NCBI GenBank assembly: GCA_016235455.1
Contig: JACRKZ010000032.1
Span: 13,639-77,638 of the forward strand
DNA length: 64,000 nt
Direction of reading: 5' to 3'
From: Armatimonadota bacterium
Lineage (GTDB): Bacteria > Armatimonadota > UBA10988
Part shown: positions 37,608 to 46,370 of the stretch, piece after piece
Layout: the number at the start of each line of letters is the position of its first letter
Numbering within the stretch: the first letter of the stretch is position 1
The notes under the pieces: model-generated
What the model saw: the letters and a program-made list of their open reading frames with translations, nothing else
Database searches by the model: none
What the model was told of the DNA's origin: nothing
Translations under genes and position numbers: made by a program

Positions 37608-38363
37608 TCAGTGCACGCGCACCGGCAGCGTCTTCTCGTACGGTCCGACCTTGACCAGCACCGAGCCCTGGCCGGACTGCACGCCGACGAACTCGCCATA
37701 GGTCGAGATGACGCCGCAGTTGCCGCTCACCAACATGCTCGGCACCACGGTGGGCGGCGCGCCGCCCAGATAGGCCACGCCGATCTGCCTGGCCATGCCC
37801 ACGCTGACATCGATGGTCTCGGGCGTCACCTGAATGCCCGTGAAGCCGACCGTGGTGAAGCTCGTGGGCAGCGGCGCCAGGTACAGGTAGTAGTCCATGC
37901 CGCCGGTGATCGTCAGCGTGTAGTACGTCCGCGCCAGGCCGCTGCCCGTCGGCGGCGTGACCTCCACCCAGTTCGGGCCGGCCACTAACTGGTTCGCGGC
38001 AAACGTGCCGTCGCTGCCCGACATGCTGTGCACCGTGCCCGTAGGCTCGGTCTGCGTCACGGTGCCGCCATTGTCGGTGCCACCCGTGCCGCCACCGCCC
38101 CAGTCGGGTGGCGTGGGCGGATCGGTGGTACCGCCGCCGGAGATGACCCGCGACCTGTTGGTCTTGGGCAGGAAGCGCAGTGAGGCGCCAACCAGCGGGG
38201 AGTTGGCGTTGTCGCCGCGGACGATGACGCCCGTGGCCCGACCGAGCCCGCCCAGCCCGCCGCCCGGCGGAATGCTGCCGCCCGTGAGGCCGGCACAACC
38301 CGCCAGCAGGCTGATCGCGACAACCAGCCCAATGGCTGCCAGCACCCGCGGGACTCGGCGCAC
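37608..38363 (-). CDS. lipoprotein with carboxypeptidase-regulatory-like and Ig-like domains
   Basis: Lipobox LLAGC, Gly/Pro linkers, SDGTF and IQVTPE beta domains; 3 nt downstream of the XRE-TPR stop. Confidence 0.7.
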   Translation of the reverse strand: MRRVPRVLAAIGLVVAISLLAGCAGLTGGSIPPGGGLGGLGRATGVIVRGDNANSPLVGASLRFLPKTNRSRVISGGGTTDPPTPPDWGGGGTGGTDNGGTVTQTEPTGTVHSMSGSDGTFAANQLVAGPNWVEVTPPTGSGLARTYYTLTITGGMDYYLYLAPLPTSFTTVGFTGIQVTPETIDVSVGMARQIGVAYLGGAPPTVVPSMLVSGNCGVISTYGEFVGVQSGQGSVLVKVGPYEKTLPVRVH

Positions 38364-38366
38364 GGT

Positions 38367-40106
38367 CTACTCCAGTGCAGCAAACTCCGCTGTCAGCGGT
38401 GGCCAGGCCAGCGCCGTCAGCACTTCGGTCAGCCGGTCTGCACAGCCGGCCGTCGACAGCAGCGTAAGGCAGCCGCGAACCAGCGTCAAGCGTTCCACGT
38501 CGTCGAGCAGCGCTTCTTCGACCTCACTCGCCAACAGCGCCTCGCGCGCGCCCACCCAGCCCAGCAGACAGGCCTCGGCCGCGTCGCGGTCGCCCAGCGC
38601 CGCGGCGCGCGCGCCCAGCACCGAGAGCAACAGCTCGTTCGCCCTGGTTTCACGCGCCAGCCGCTCGGCTTCTTCAAACAGGGTGGCCGCATCGCGCGCG
38701 TCGGCCGCGTCGCGGGCTTGAGCCAGATAGGCCCAGCCCAGTTGCGCGCGCGCGCCGATGCGCTCGGCTACGGCCGCCACGCGCCGCACCTCGATGCCGG
38801 CGGCGGCCCGCTGGCCCAGCGCCCGTTGCGCTTCGGCCACGGCCAGCCGCGCGGTCGATTCCATCTTGGCCAGTCCGTGCGCCGTCGCCGCCGCCACGGC
38901 CTGCTGCGCGTGGTAGAGGGCCTCGTTGGCATCGCCGGCCCGGCGCGCGGCTTCGCTCTGGGCCAACTGCGCCAGCAGCTCGGCCCGCACCGAGCCCAGC
39001 TCGACCGCCTCGCTCAGCGCCGCGCGGGCCTCGCCGCGAGCCTCGGCGCAACGGCCCAGCACCGCCAGCAACTCGGCGCGACAGGCCTGTGCCACGGCCA
39101 TGCGCTCACGTTCGCCCGTCAGCCGCGCCACCCGCAGCGCGTCGTCCAGCGCCTCCAGCGCCGCCGGCAGCAGCAGTTGCTGCCGGCGAGCGAAGCCCAG
39201 GTTGATGCGCGCCTCGATCAGCTGGCTGACGGCCGCCAGCTCCTCGGCCAACGGCGCGCAACGGCGGGCCGACGCCTCGGCCCGCTCGAAATCGTCATGG
39301 AGCAGGTACACATTGGTGGTGGCGCCGGCCACGAACACCTCGGCCCAGGCGCGCGACGGCCCTTCGGGTTGGGCGGCGATGAGCTGCTCGGCCAGGTCCA
39401 ACTCGGCCAGCGCGGCCTCGCCTCGGCCCAGCGCCTCATAGACATCGGCCCGGCCCAGGCGGCCCTTCCACTCGCTGTCGAACCGCCCCCCGGCGATGAC
39501 CGCCTCGAACTCGGCCAGCGCGCGGTCGCGCTCACCCAGCCCGGCCAGCGCCGCGCCCAACGTCTGATGGGCCGCCCGCTCGCGGTCCGCGTTGCCCGAC
39601 TCGGCGTAGGCCTGCACACAGCGCTGCATCGCCGCGCGCGTGCCTTCCAGATCGCCGAGTTGGTAGCAGGCATGGCCTAGCCGGAAGTCGGCGTCGGCAA
39701 TCAACTGGGGATCCTCGCTACGCGCCGCGAGTTCGGCCATGCGCTGACAAGTGGTGCGAGCCGCGCCGAAGTCGGGCGGGCTGGACTGGGCCACGGCCAA
39801 GGTCAGCATGGCCTCGAGCCGCTCGGCGGCGGCCGCGGGCTCCGGCTTGACCGGCATCGGCGCGGGCCGGGCCTCGGCGTCGGGCTCGTCGGCGTAGAAC
39901 CACGCCAAGGGCCGGCCACACACGCGTCCGATGGCCTGCAGACGATCCGCCTGGGCCAGCACCTGCCCACTGACATACTGGTAGATGAGGGCACGCGAAC
40001 AGCCGACGGCCGTGGCCAACTCCGCCAGCGACATGCTGGCGGCATCGGCCGCGGCCTGAATGCGCCCGCCCAATTCGCGCCGCCCATCGCGGCTGCTCAG
40101 ATCCAC
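38367..40106 (-). CDS. XRE-family HTH transcriptional regulator with TPR array
   Basis: LGGRIQ...SLAELATAVGCSRALIYQYVSG...LAWF (HTH_3), then multiple TPR-like helices (LGHACYQLGD, LGAALAGLGE, LGRADVYEALG, INLGFA). Confidence 0.85.
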   Translation of the reverse strand: MDLSSRDGRRELGGRIQAAADAASMSLAELATAVGCSRALIYQYVSGQVLAQADRLQAIGRVCGRPLAWFYADEPDAEARPAPMPVKPEPAAAAERLEAMLTLAVAQSSPPDFGAARTTCQRMAELAARSEDPQLIADADFRLGHACYQLGDLEGTRAAMQRCVQAYAESGNADRERAAHQTLGAALAGLGERDRALAEFEAVIAGGRFDSEWKGRLGRADVYEALGRGEAALAELDLAEQLIAAQPEGPSRAWAEVFVAGATTNVYLLHDDFERAEASARRCAPLAEELAAVSQLIEARINLGFARRQQLLLPAALEALDDALRVARLTGERERMAVAQACRAELLAVLGRCAEARGEARAALSEAVELGSVRAELLAQLAQSEAARRAGDANEALYHAQQAVAAATAHGLAKMESTARLAVAEAQRALGQRAAAGIEVRRVAAVAERIGARAQLGWAYLAQARDAADARDAATLFEEAERLARETRANELLLSVLGARAAALGDRDAAEACLLGWVGAREALLASEVEEALLDDVERLTLVRGCLTLLSTAGCADRLTEVLTALAWPPLTAEFAALE

Positions 40107-40174
40107 CAGTGTCTCCGCTGTCCAGCCTGACTATACAGTGCCCCGACTCAACAGCCCTGTGACTACCCCTGATC

Positions 40175-40231
40175 AAAAAAGGACATCCGACCCCACAAAC
40201 CAAACCTTGGCGCGAACCCCGACGCTCCCCT
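40175..40231 (-). terminator. intrinsic terminator (G-U-rich hairpin followed by U6)
   Basis: Minus-strand RNA GGGGAGCGUC..GGUUC..GCCAA/UUGGU..GGGUC..GAUGUCC-UUUUUU; it pairs well only on the minus strand (G-U wobbles). Confidence 0.55.
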
Positions 40232-40383
40232 GTCAGAAACTCGCGGCTTGGCTTGTAGGGCCGGATCGGTACGTCCCCGTAGAGCCGGGACGCCGTAACC
40301 AGGCCGCCAGGCCGGCGGTAGAGGCACGCCCTACCTCTTCACCACCGACCGCGCACCGAAGCTCGTTTCGCTCCAGCCCACTG
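40175..40383 (-). ncRNA. candidate structured RNA (leader/riboswitch or sRNA), family not recognised
   Basis: Bounded by a sigma70 promoter and a hairpin+U6 terminator; nested helices GAAAC/GTTTC, CGCGG/CCGCG, GTAGGGC/GCCCTAC, CGTCCC/GGGACG. Confidence 0.5.
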
Positions 40384-40388
40384 AGTAG

Positions 40389-40417
40389 AGTGTATAGCCA
40401 CGCTAGACAGATGTCAA
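40389..40417 (-). promoter_or_regulatory. sigma70 promoter
   Basis: TTGACA (40417-40412)-17 nt-TACACT (40394-40389). Confidence 0.7.
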
Positions 40418-40520
40418 ACACTCCGTTGGTAACATAAACATAAATTCCAAGGAAACTGGACAGTCTGGCCGCTGGTCGGCGACAGCGGGCGGCGCTACAA
40501 TCCGCGCTGGAGCAGAGCGC

Positions 40521-42380
40521 ATGCTAGCTGATCGATTTGGCGAGAGCGACCTGGCGGGCCATCTGGTGCCCTTGGCGGCCTGGCGGCCCTATCCGCGGGC
40601 GAGCGACCGCGACGGCTGGGGCGACCTGGAGCCGGCGCGGGCGGCAGCGCTGGTGGCCGCGGGTGAGGCGCGGCTGAGCCAGCCCTGGCCGGTGCTGTTG
40701 GCCTCGGTGTTCGCCGAGTTCCGCCGCACGGGCAATCGCAGCCACTGGGAGCAGCCCCAGTTCGCGCGGCGCAGCATGCTGTCCGACCTGGTGCTGGCCG
40801 AGTGTGTCGAGGGCCGGGGCCGATTCCTCGACGCGATCACCGACGGCGTGTGGCTGATCTGCGAGGAGTCGTTCTGGGGCGTCTCGGCCCACAACTGGGG
40901 CAAGCGCTGGCCGGACTCGCTCCTGCCCGACACCGCCGAGCGCATCATCGACCTGTTCGCCGGCGAGACCGGCGGGCTGCTGGCCTGGACGCTGTACCTG
41001 CTGGGCGACCAGCTCACTGCCGTCCATCCGGTGATCACCGACCGCATTCGCCGCGAGCTGGACGAGCGCATCATCACACCGTACCTGGAGCGCGACGACT
41101 TCGGCTGGATGGGCCTGCAGGGCGGCTGGGTGAACAACTGGAACCCGTGGTGCGCCTCCAACTGCCTGACCGTGGCCCTGCTCGCCGAGCAGGACGAGCC
41201 ACGGCGCGGCGCGGCGGCCGCCAAGACGCTGCGCATCATCGAGCGGTTCGTCGCCATGTACCATGCCGACGGTGGCTGCGACGAGGGCACGTCCTACTGG
41301 GGCCGAGCCGGCGCGTCGTTCTTCGACTGCCTCGACCTGCTCGACAGCGCCACGGCCGGCTGGCTGAACGTGTGGTCAGACCCGCTGGTGGGCAACATGG
41401 GCCGCTACCTGTACCGCTGCCACATCGACCGCGACTGGTACGTCAACTTCGCCGATGGCGGCGCCCGCGTGGGTGTGGAGGCGCCGCTGCTGTGCCGCTA
41501 TGGGCGGAAGATAGGCGACTCGGCCCTGGTCGATCTGGGTGTCTATGCCGATCACCTGCGGCGCGCGGGCCACGAGCCGCCGTTGCGCATCACCTCCATG
41601 GGCCGCCGCCTGCCCGAGCTGTTCGACTGCCCGGAGCTGGCCGGCGAACCACGACCGGCGCCATACATCGCCGCCGCCTGGCTGGACGGCATCGAGATGC
41701 TTACCGCCCGCTCTGAGCCGGGTTCGGCCCAGGGCCTGTTCCTGGCAGCCAAGGGCGGCCACAACGCCGAGAGCCACAACCACAACGACGTCGGCCAGTT
41801 CATCGTCTTCCAGCACGGCCAGCCGGCGATCATCGACCTGGGCGTGGAGACCTACACGGCGCATACCTTCTCGCCCCGGCGCTACGAGATCTGGACCATG
41901 CAGTCGGCTTGGCACAACCTGCCGACCCTGGGCGGCGTGCAGCAGAGCGCCGGCCGGCAGTTCGCCGCGCGCGAGGTCAGCGCCCAGGTCGATGACGACC
42001 GGGCCGAGCTGCGCCTGGACCTGGCCGGCGCTTACCCCACCGAGGCCGGCCTGCGCGCCTGGCATCGCACAACGCGGCTGGAGCGGGGCGACCAGCCCCG
42101 CGTCGTGGTGCACGACACCTTCGAACTGGCGGAGCCGCGCGAGGTGCAGCTCAGCGTGATCCTCGCCCGCGAGCCGCGGCTCACACCCACCGGCTGCGAC
42201 CTGGCCGGCGAGGCGCCACTGTCCATCGCCTGGCCAACCGGCGTACTCAACGCCAGCATCGAGGCGGTCGAGGTCACCGACGACCGACTGCGCCCAGTGT
42301 GGGGCGAGCGAGTCTGGCGCCTGCTGCTGACCACGACCGGCGCGGTCGAGCGCGGCGACTGGACGATGACGGTCGGTTAA
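40521..42380 (+). CDS. heparinase II/III-family polysaccharide lyase
   Basis: ICEESFWGVSAH, NNWNPW, DGGCDEGTSYW, VNFAD, HNAESHNHNDVG, QSAWHNLP. Confidence 0.88.
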   Translation: MLADRFGESDLAGHLVPLAAWRPYPRASDRDGWGDLEPARAAALVAAGEARLSQPWPVLLASVFAEFRRTGNRSHWEQPQFARRSMLSDLVLAECVEGRGRFLDAITDGVWLICEESFWGVSAHNWGKRWPDSLLPDTAERIIDLFAGETGGLLAWTLYLLGDQLTAVHPVITDRIRRELDERIITPYLERDDFGWMGLQGGWVNNWNPWCASNCLTVALLAEQDEPRRGAAAAKTLRIIERFVAMYHADGGCDEGTSYWGRAGASFFDCLDLLDSATAGWLNVWSDPLVGNMGRYLYRCHIDRDWYVNFADGGARVGVEAPLLCRYGRKIGDSALVDLGVYADHLRRAGHEPPLRITSMGRRLPELFDCPELAGEPRPAPYIAAAWLDGIEMLTARSEPGSAQGLFLAAKGGHNAESHNHNDVGQFIVFQHGQPAIIDLGVETYTAHTFSPRRYEIWTMQSAWHNLPTLGGVQQSAGRQFAAREVSAQVDDDRAELRLDLAGAYPTEAGLRAWHRTTRLERGDQPRVVVHDTFELAEPREVQLSVILAREPRLTPTGCDLAGEAPLSIAWPTGVLNASIEAVEVTDDRLRPVWGERVWRLLLTTTGAVERGDWTMTVG

Positions 42381-42445
42381 GGCGCTGGACGCTGGACGCG
42401 GGCAGGACCGTTGTTGCTTCCCACGTCCCACGCCCAGCGTCCCAG
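42381..42445. repeat. inverted heptamer-repeat hairpin
   Basis: GGCGCTG GACGCTG GACGCGG ... CCCACGT CCCACGC CCAGCGT CCCAG. Confidence 0.45.
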
Positions 42446-42495
42446 AACTTGACTCCACCGGGCCGGCGCCGTATCGTCCCGGTGGAGCATGTGCC

Positions 42496-42942
42496 ATGAT
42501 GCGTGTCAGGGTCATCCACGGTCCGAACCTCAACCTGCTGGGCAAGCGCGACCCGGAGGTGTATGGCAGTCACACGCTCGAGCAGATCAACGCCGAGATT
42601 GAACGGCTGGCCGGCGAGTTGGACATGGAAGTGCAGATCAGCCAACACAACAGCGAGGGCGAGATCCTCGACGCGATCCATGCCTGTTGCGACTGGGCCC
42701 AGTGCATCGTGATCAACCCGGCAGCCTACACGCACTACTCCATCGCCATCTGCGACGCCATCAAGGCGGTGCGGTTGCCGGCCATCGAGATCCACCTGAG
42801 CAACATCCATGCCCGCGAGGAGTTCCGCCACCGCAGCGTCACCGCGCCGGTGTGCGTCGGGCAGATCGCCGGGTTTGGCGTGTCGAGCTACCTGCTCGGG
42901 CTCTACGCGGCCCGCGACATCATTGCCAAGAGGTGGCGCTGA
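42496..42942 (+). CDS. aroQ: type II 3-dehydroquinate dehydratase
   Basis: HGPNLNLLGKRDPEVYG, INPAAYTHYS, EIHLSNIHAREEFRH. Confidence 0.97.
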   Translation: MMRVRVIHGPNLNLLGKRDPEVYGSHTLEQINAEIERLAGELDMEVQISQHNSEGEILDAIHACCDWAQCIVINPAAYTHYSIAICDAIKAVRLPAIEIHLSNIHAREEFRHRSVTAPVCVGQIAGFGVSSYLLGLYAARDIIAKRWR

Positions 42943-44021
42943 TGACGCGTCTGACCCGCGTGCGCGAGGCTCTGGCCGTCAAGGGCTGCCCCGCTGCGCT
43001 GATCACCGAGCCACACGACATCACCTGGCTCAGCGGCTTCCGCGGCAGCAGTGGGGCGCTGCTGGTCACACATGAGCTGAGCGTGATCATCACCGACTTC
43101 CGCTACCGTACGCAGGTGAGCCTGGAGTCGCCCGGCTGGCAGCCGCTGCTCCAAGCCACCGGCGAGCGCGTGCCCGCCGCGATCGCGCGCGGCATCCGCG
43201 AGCTGGGCCTGACGCGCGTGTCGTTCCAGACAGGACACGCCACCCATGCCATGTGGCATACGCTCAGCGAGGCGCTCGGCGCCGCCGTGGAGTTGGTGCC
43301 CGTCAGCGACCTGATCAGCCCGTCCCGCGCGGTCAAGGACGCGGCCGAGATCGCCTGCATCCGCGCCGCCGCCGCGCTGGCCGACGAGGTCATGGCGTAT
43401 GCCTGGACCGTGGCCCGGCCCGGCCTCACCGAACAGCAGTTGCGCATTGAACTCGAAGCGTGCATGCTGCGGCTGGGCTCCGAGCGCGTGGCCTTCGACC
43501 TGATCGTCGCCGGCGGGCCCAACAGCGCCAAGTGCCACGCGCGGCCCGGCACCCGCGCGCTCGAGCCCGGTGACCTGCTGGTACTCGACCTGGGCTGCGT
43601 GGTCGACGGCTACCACAGCGACATCACCCGCAGTGCCGCCATCGCCCAGGCCGGCTCCGCCCAACGAGCCATCTACGCCGTGGTGCACCGCGCCATGACC
43701 GCCGGCCTGGCCGCGGTCAGCCCTGGCGCCGTCGGCCGCAAGGTCGACGCCGTGGCACGCGATATCATCACCGACGCCGGCCATGGCGACGATTTCGGAC
43801 ACAGTCTGGGCCACGGCGTGGGTCTGCAGGTCCATGAGGCCCCCAATCTGAGCTCCGTCAGCGAGGATGTGCTGCGGCCCGGCCACATCGTCACCGTCGA
43901 GCCCGGCATCTACGTCGAAGGCGTCGGCGGCGTTCGGCTCGAGCAGCTCTGCCTGGTCACCGACTCCGGTTGCGAGACGCTCTCCCTGGCGCCGTGTCCC
44001 GCCGACCTGCCAATCCTCTGA
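42942..44021 (+). CDS. Xaa-Pro peptidase (M24B family)
   Basis: TDFRY, DLGCVVDGYHSDITR, HSLGHGVGLQVHE, TVEPGIY, GVRLE; TGATG coupling to aroQ. Confidence 0.93.
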   Translation: MTRLTRVREALAVKGCPAALITEPHDITWLSGFRGSSGALLVTHELSVIITDFRYRTQVSLESPGWQPLLQATGERVPAAIARGIRELGLTRVSFQTGHATHAMWHTLSEALGAAVELVPVSDLISPSRAVKDAAEIACIRAAAALADEVMAYAWTVARPGLTEQQLRIELEACMLRLGSERVAFDLIVAGGPNSAKCHARPGTRALEPGDLLVLDLGCVVDGYHSDITRSAAIAQAGSAQRAIYAVVHRAMTAGLAAVSPGAVGRKVDAVARDIITDAGHGDDFGHSLGHGVGLQVHEAPNLSSVSEDVLRPGHIVTVEPGIYVEGVGGVRLEQLCLVTDSGCETLSLAPCPADLPIL

Positions 44022-44050
44022 GCCACACCGATGGCGACACCCCCCCGATC

Positions 44051-44067
44051 TTGTCGATTATTTCGAC
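44051..44067. promoter_or_regulatory. putative operator upstream of nrfHA
   Basis: TTGTCGA-TTATT-TCGAC palindrome in an AT-rich patch. Confidence 0.3.
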
Positions 44068-44217
44068 GTTATAGATCCAGATATCCAATTTATCCGACAT
44101 CGGGCCAAACGCCGCGGGCCCGCTCGCAGAGCGGGATTGGCGCGATCTGGGCGATTCCGAACGGGCAGGCCAACTGTTTGCAGTGACCGGTCCGTGAGAC
44201 GGTGCGGAGCGGCATGC

Positions 44218-44667
44218 ATGGCACGAAACCGACTGCTGATGGTGGTAGGGGTGTGCGCCGGGATGGTGGCCGGGCTAGGCGGCTACACGTTCTGGTATGC
44301 CAAGGGGTTCTCCTACATGACGAACGACCCCATAGCCTGCGTCAACTGCCACATCATGCGCGACCAGTTCGATGCCTGGACGCGGTCGAGCCACCATGCG
44401 GTGGCGGTCTGCAACGACTGCCACACCCCGCACGACTTCATCGGCAAGTGGACCACCAAATCCCTCAACGGGTACCACCACTCCCTGGCCTTCACCGTGG
44501 GCGGGTTCCACGAGCCCATCCGCATCAAGCCGCGCAACAAGGCCGTGACCGAACACAACTGCCGTCGGTGCCACGCACCGATCGTGGACCAGATAGACCG
44601 CGCCCATCCAGTCAGCGGCGGCATGTCGTGTCTGAGCTGCCACCGCGATGTCGGCCATCTGCACTGA
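44218..44667 (+). CDS. nrfH: cytochrome c nitrite reductase small subunit (tetraheme)
   Basis: N-terminal TM; CVNCH, CNDCH, CRRCH, CLSCH; WTRSSH. Confidence 0.93.
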   Translation: MARNRLLMVVGVCAGMVAGLGGYTFWYAKGFSYMTNDPIACVNCHIMRDQFDAWTRSSHHAVAVCNDCHTPHDFIGKWTTKSLNGYHHSLAFTVGGFHEPIRIKPRNKAVTEHNCRRCHAPIVDQIDRAHPVSGGMSCLSCHRDVGHLH

Positions 44668-44676
44668 GGTGAGATC

Positions 44677-46155
44677 ATGAGCGACGAGACGAACGCGACC
44701 CCTGAACCCGAAGACGCCCCCGACACGGCGGCCGCGGACCGCCCGAGGCGAGGCGCGGGTGTAGCCATCCTCCTGGCCGTGGTGTTGGTGACCGCCGGGC
44801 TGACGGCCGGCATCGCCGCGCTGCTGATCAACATCCAGGGCAAGAAGGTCGAGGAGAAGAACCCGTTCTTCCGGGTCGTCGAGCTGACCGATGACACCGA
44901 GGACCCGGCGGTATGGGGCCAGAACTTCCCGCTCCAGTATGACGGCTACAGGCGCACATCGGAGATGCGCAAGACACGGTTTGGGGGCAGCGAGTCGGTG
45001 CGACGGGTGCCCACCAAGGACGACCCACGGGAGTACGTGGCGGGCTCCAAGATCGATGCTGACCCGAGGCTCAAGACCATGTGGGCGGGCTACGCCTTCG
45101 CCGTGGACTACCGCGAGCGCCGCGGCCATGCCTACATGCTCGAGGATCAGCGGTACACCCAGCGCCAGGTGGTCAAGCAGCAGCCGGGCACCTGCCTGCA
45201 CTGCCACGGCTCGATGTACGTGCCCTACAAGACGGCCGGCAACGGCGACATCATCAAGGGCTTCGAGAAGCTCAACCCGATGAAGTACCAGGACGCGGCC
45301 AAGAGCGTGAAGCACCCCATCTCGTGCATCGACTGTCATGAGCCGGCGACCATGCAGCTCCGGGTGACCCGACCGGGCTTCATCGAAGGCATCCGCGCAC
45401 TCAAGGCCAAGGAGGGCCACGCCAACTACGACGTCAACCGCGACGCCACGCGCCAGGAGATGCGCTCGTATGTGTGCGGCCAGTGCCACGTGGAGTACTA
45501 CTTCAAGGGCGAGGAGAAGCGCCTGGTCTACCCGTGGCGGAACGGTCTGAAAGCGGAGGAGATGCTGGCCTACTACGACGCCGAAGGGTTCAGGGACTGG
45601 ACCCACAAGGAGACCGGCGCGCCCGTACTCAAGGCCCAGCACCCCGAGTTCGAGACCTGGAGCCAGGGCACGCATGCCAAGGCGGGAGTGGCTTGCGCCG
45701 ACTGCCACATGCCCTATGCCCGGGTCGGTGCCCACAAGATCAGCGACCACCACGTGCAGAGCCCGTTGCTCAACATCAACCATGCCTGCCAGACCTGCCA
45801 CAAGGCCGATGAGGCCGACCTGAAGGCCAGGGTCGACCTGATCCAGGACCGCACGAAGCAGTTGGAGGACATCGCGCTCGACGCGCTGAGCGACCTGATC
45901 GCCGACATCAAGGCGGCTCGCGCCGCGGGCGCCACCGACGCCCAACTCGGCGCCAAGGACGGGCCCTGGGCCTACCAGCGCCGCGGCCAGTACTTCATCG
46001 ACCTGGTCTGCAGCGAGAACTCCATGGGCTTCCACGCACCGCAGGAGTCCGCGCGGATGCTGGCGCAGGCCATTGACTGGCTGCGCCGAGGCCAGAAGGC
46101 TGTCCTGCAACTGGACCGCACGGCGGCCACGGTGGCGGCGGCGCCGAAGTCGTAG
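44677..46155 (+). CDS. nrfA: ammonia-forming cytochrome c nitrite reductase (pentaheme)
   Basis: WAGYAF, YRERRGH, CLHCH, CIDCH, CGQCHVEYYF, KAQHPEFE, CADCH, CQTCH, ENSMGFHAP. Confidence 0.95.
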   Translation: MSDETNATPEPEDAPDTAAADRPRRGAGVAILLAVVLVTAGLTAGIAALLINIQGKKVEEKNPFFRVVELTDDTEDPAVWGQNFPLQYDGYRRTSEMRKTRFGGSESVRRVPTKDDPREYVAGSKIDADPRLKTMWAGYAFAVDYRERRGHAYMLEDQRYTQRQVVKQQPGTCLHCHGSMYVPYKTAGNGDIIKGFEKLNPMKYQDAAKSVKHPISCIDCHEPATMQLRVTRPGFIEGIRALKAKEGHANYDVNRDATRQEMRSYVCGQCHVEYYFKGEEKRLVYPWRNGLKAEEMLAYYDAEGFRDWTHKETGAPVLKAQHPEFETWSQGTHAKAGVACADCHMPYARVGAHKISDHHVQSPLLNINHACQTCHKADEADLKARVDLIQDRTKQLEDIALDALSDLIADIKAARAAGATDAQLGAKDGPWAYQRRGQYFIDLVCSENSMGFHAPQESARMLAQAIDWLRRGQKAVLQLDRTAATVAAAPKS

Positions 46156-46173
46156 GCTGACAGGATCAGGGCG

Positions 46174-46208
46174 GCGGCGCCGGCGGACCGATGGGTCGCC
46201 GGCGCCGC
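46174..46208 (+). terminator. hairpin downstream of nrfA
   Basis: GCGGCGCCGGCG / CGCCGGCGCCGC stem. Confidence 0.6.
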
Positions 46209-46370
46209 GGCCGGTTTGTGCGCGGCGGTCACCGAACCCGGCGTCATCGGCGCTGAAGGTCCCGCGGCGGGACGGGGGAATCCCGTCGCAGCGGCCCCGC
46301 GACGGGCATCGTCCGCGCCACCTGACCGCAGTGTGGCTGGTCGTGGCCAGCCACGCGGAGTAGCCCATCG

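Noticed and set aside
40310-40350. c-di-AMP (ydaO) riboswitch similarity (GGUGAA..GUAGGGC)
   Set aside because: Lacks the conserved GAAUCC and CCCGAA.CCGUCAGCUAAC segments.
40233-40421. 62-aa ORF as an RRNPP signalling pro-peptide
   Set aside because: Its start lies upstream of the -35 box of the predicted promoter, and it lacks a basic n-region; an RNA explanation fits better.
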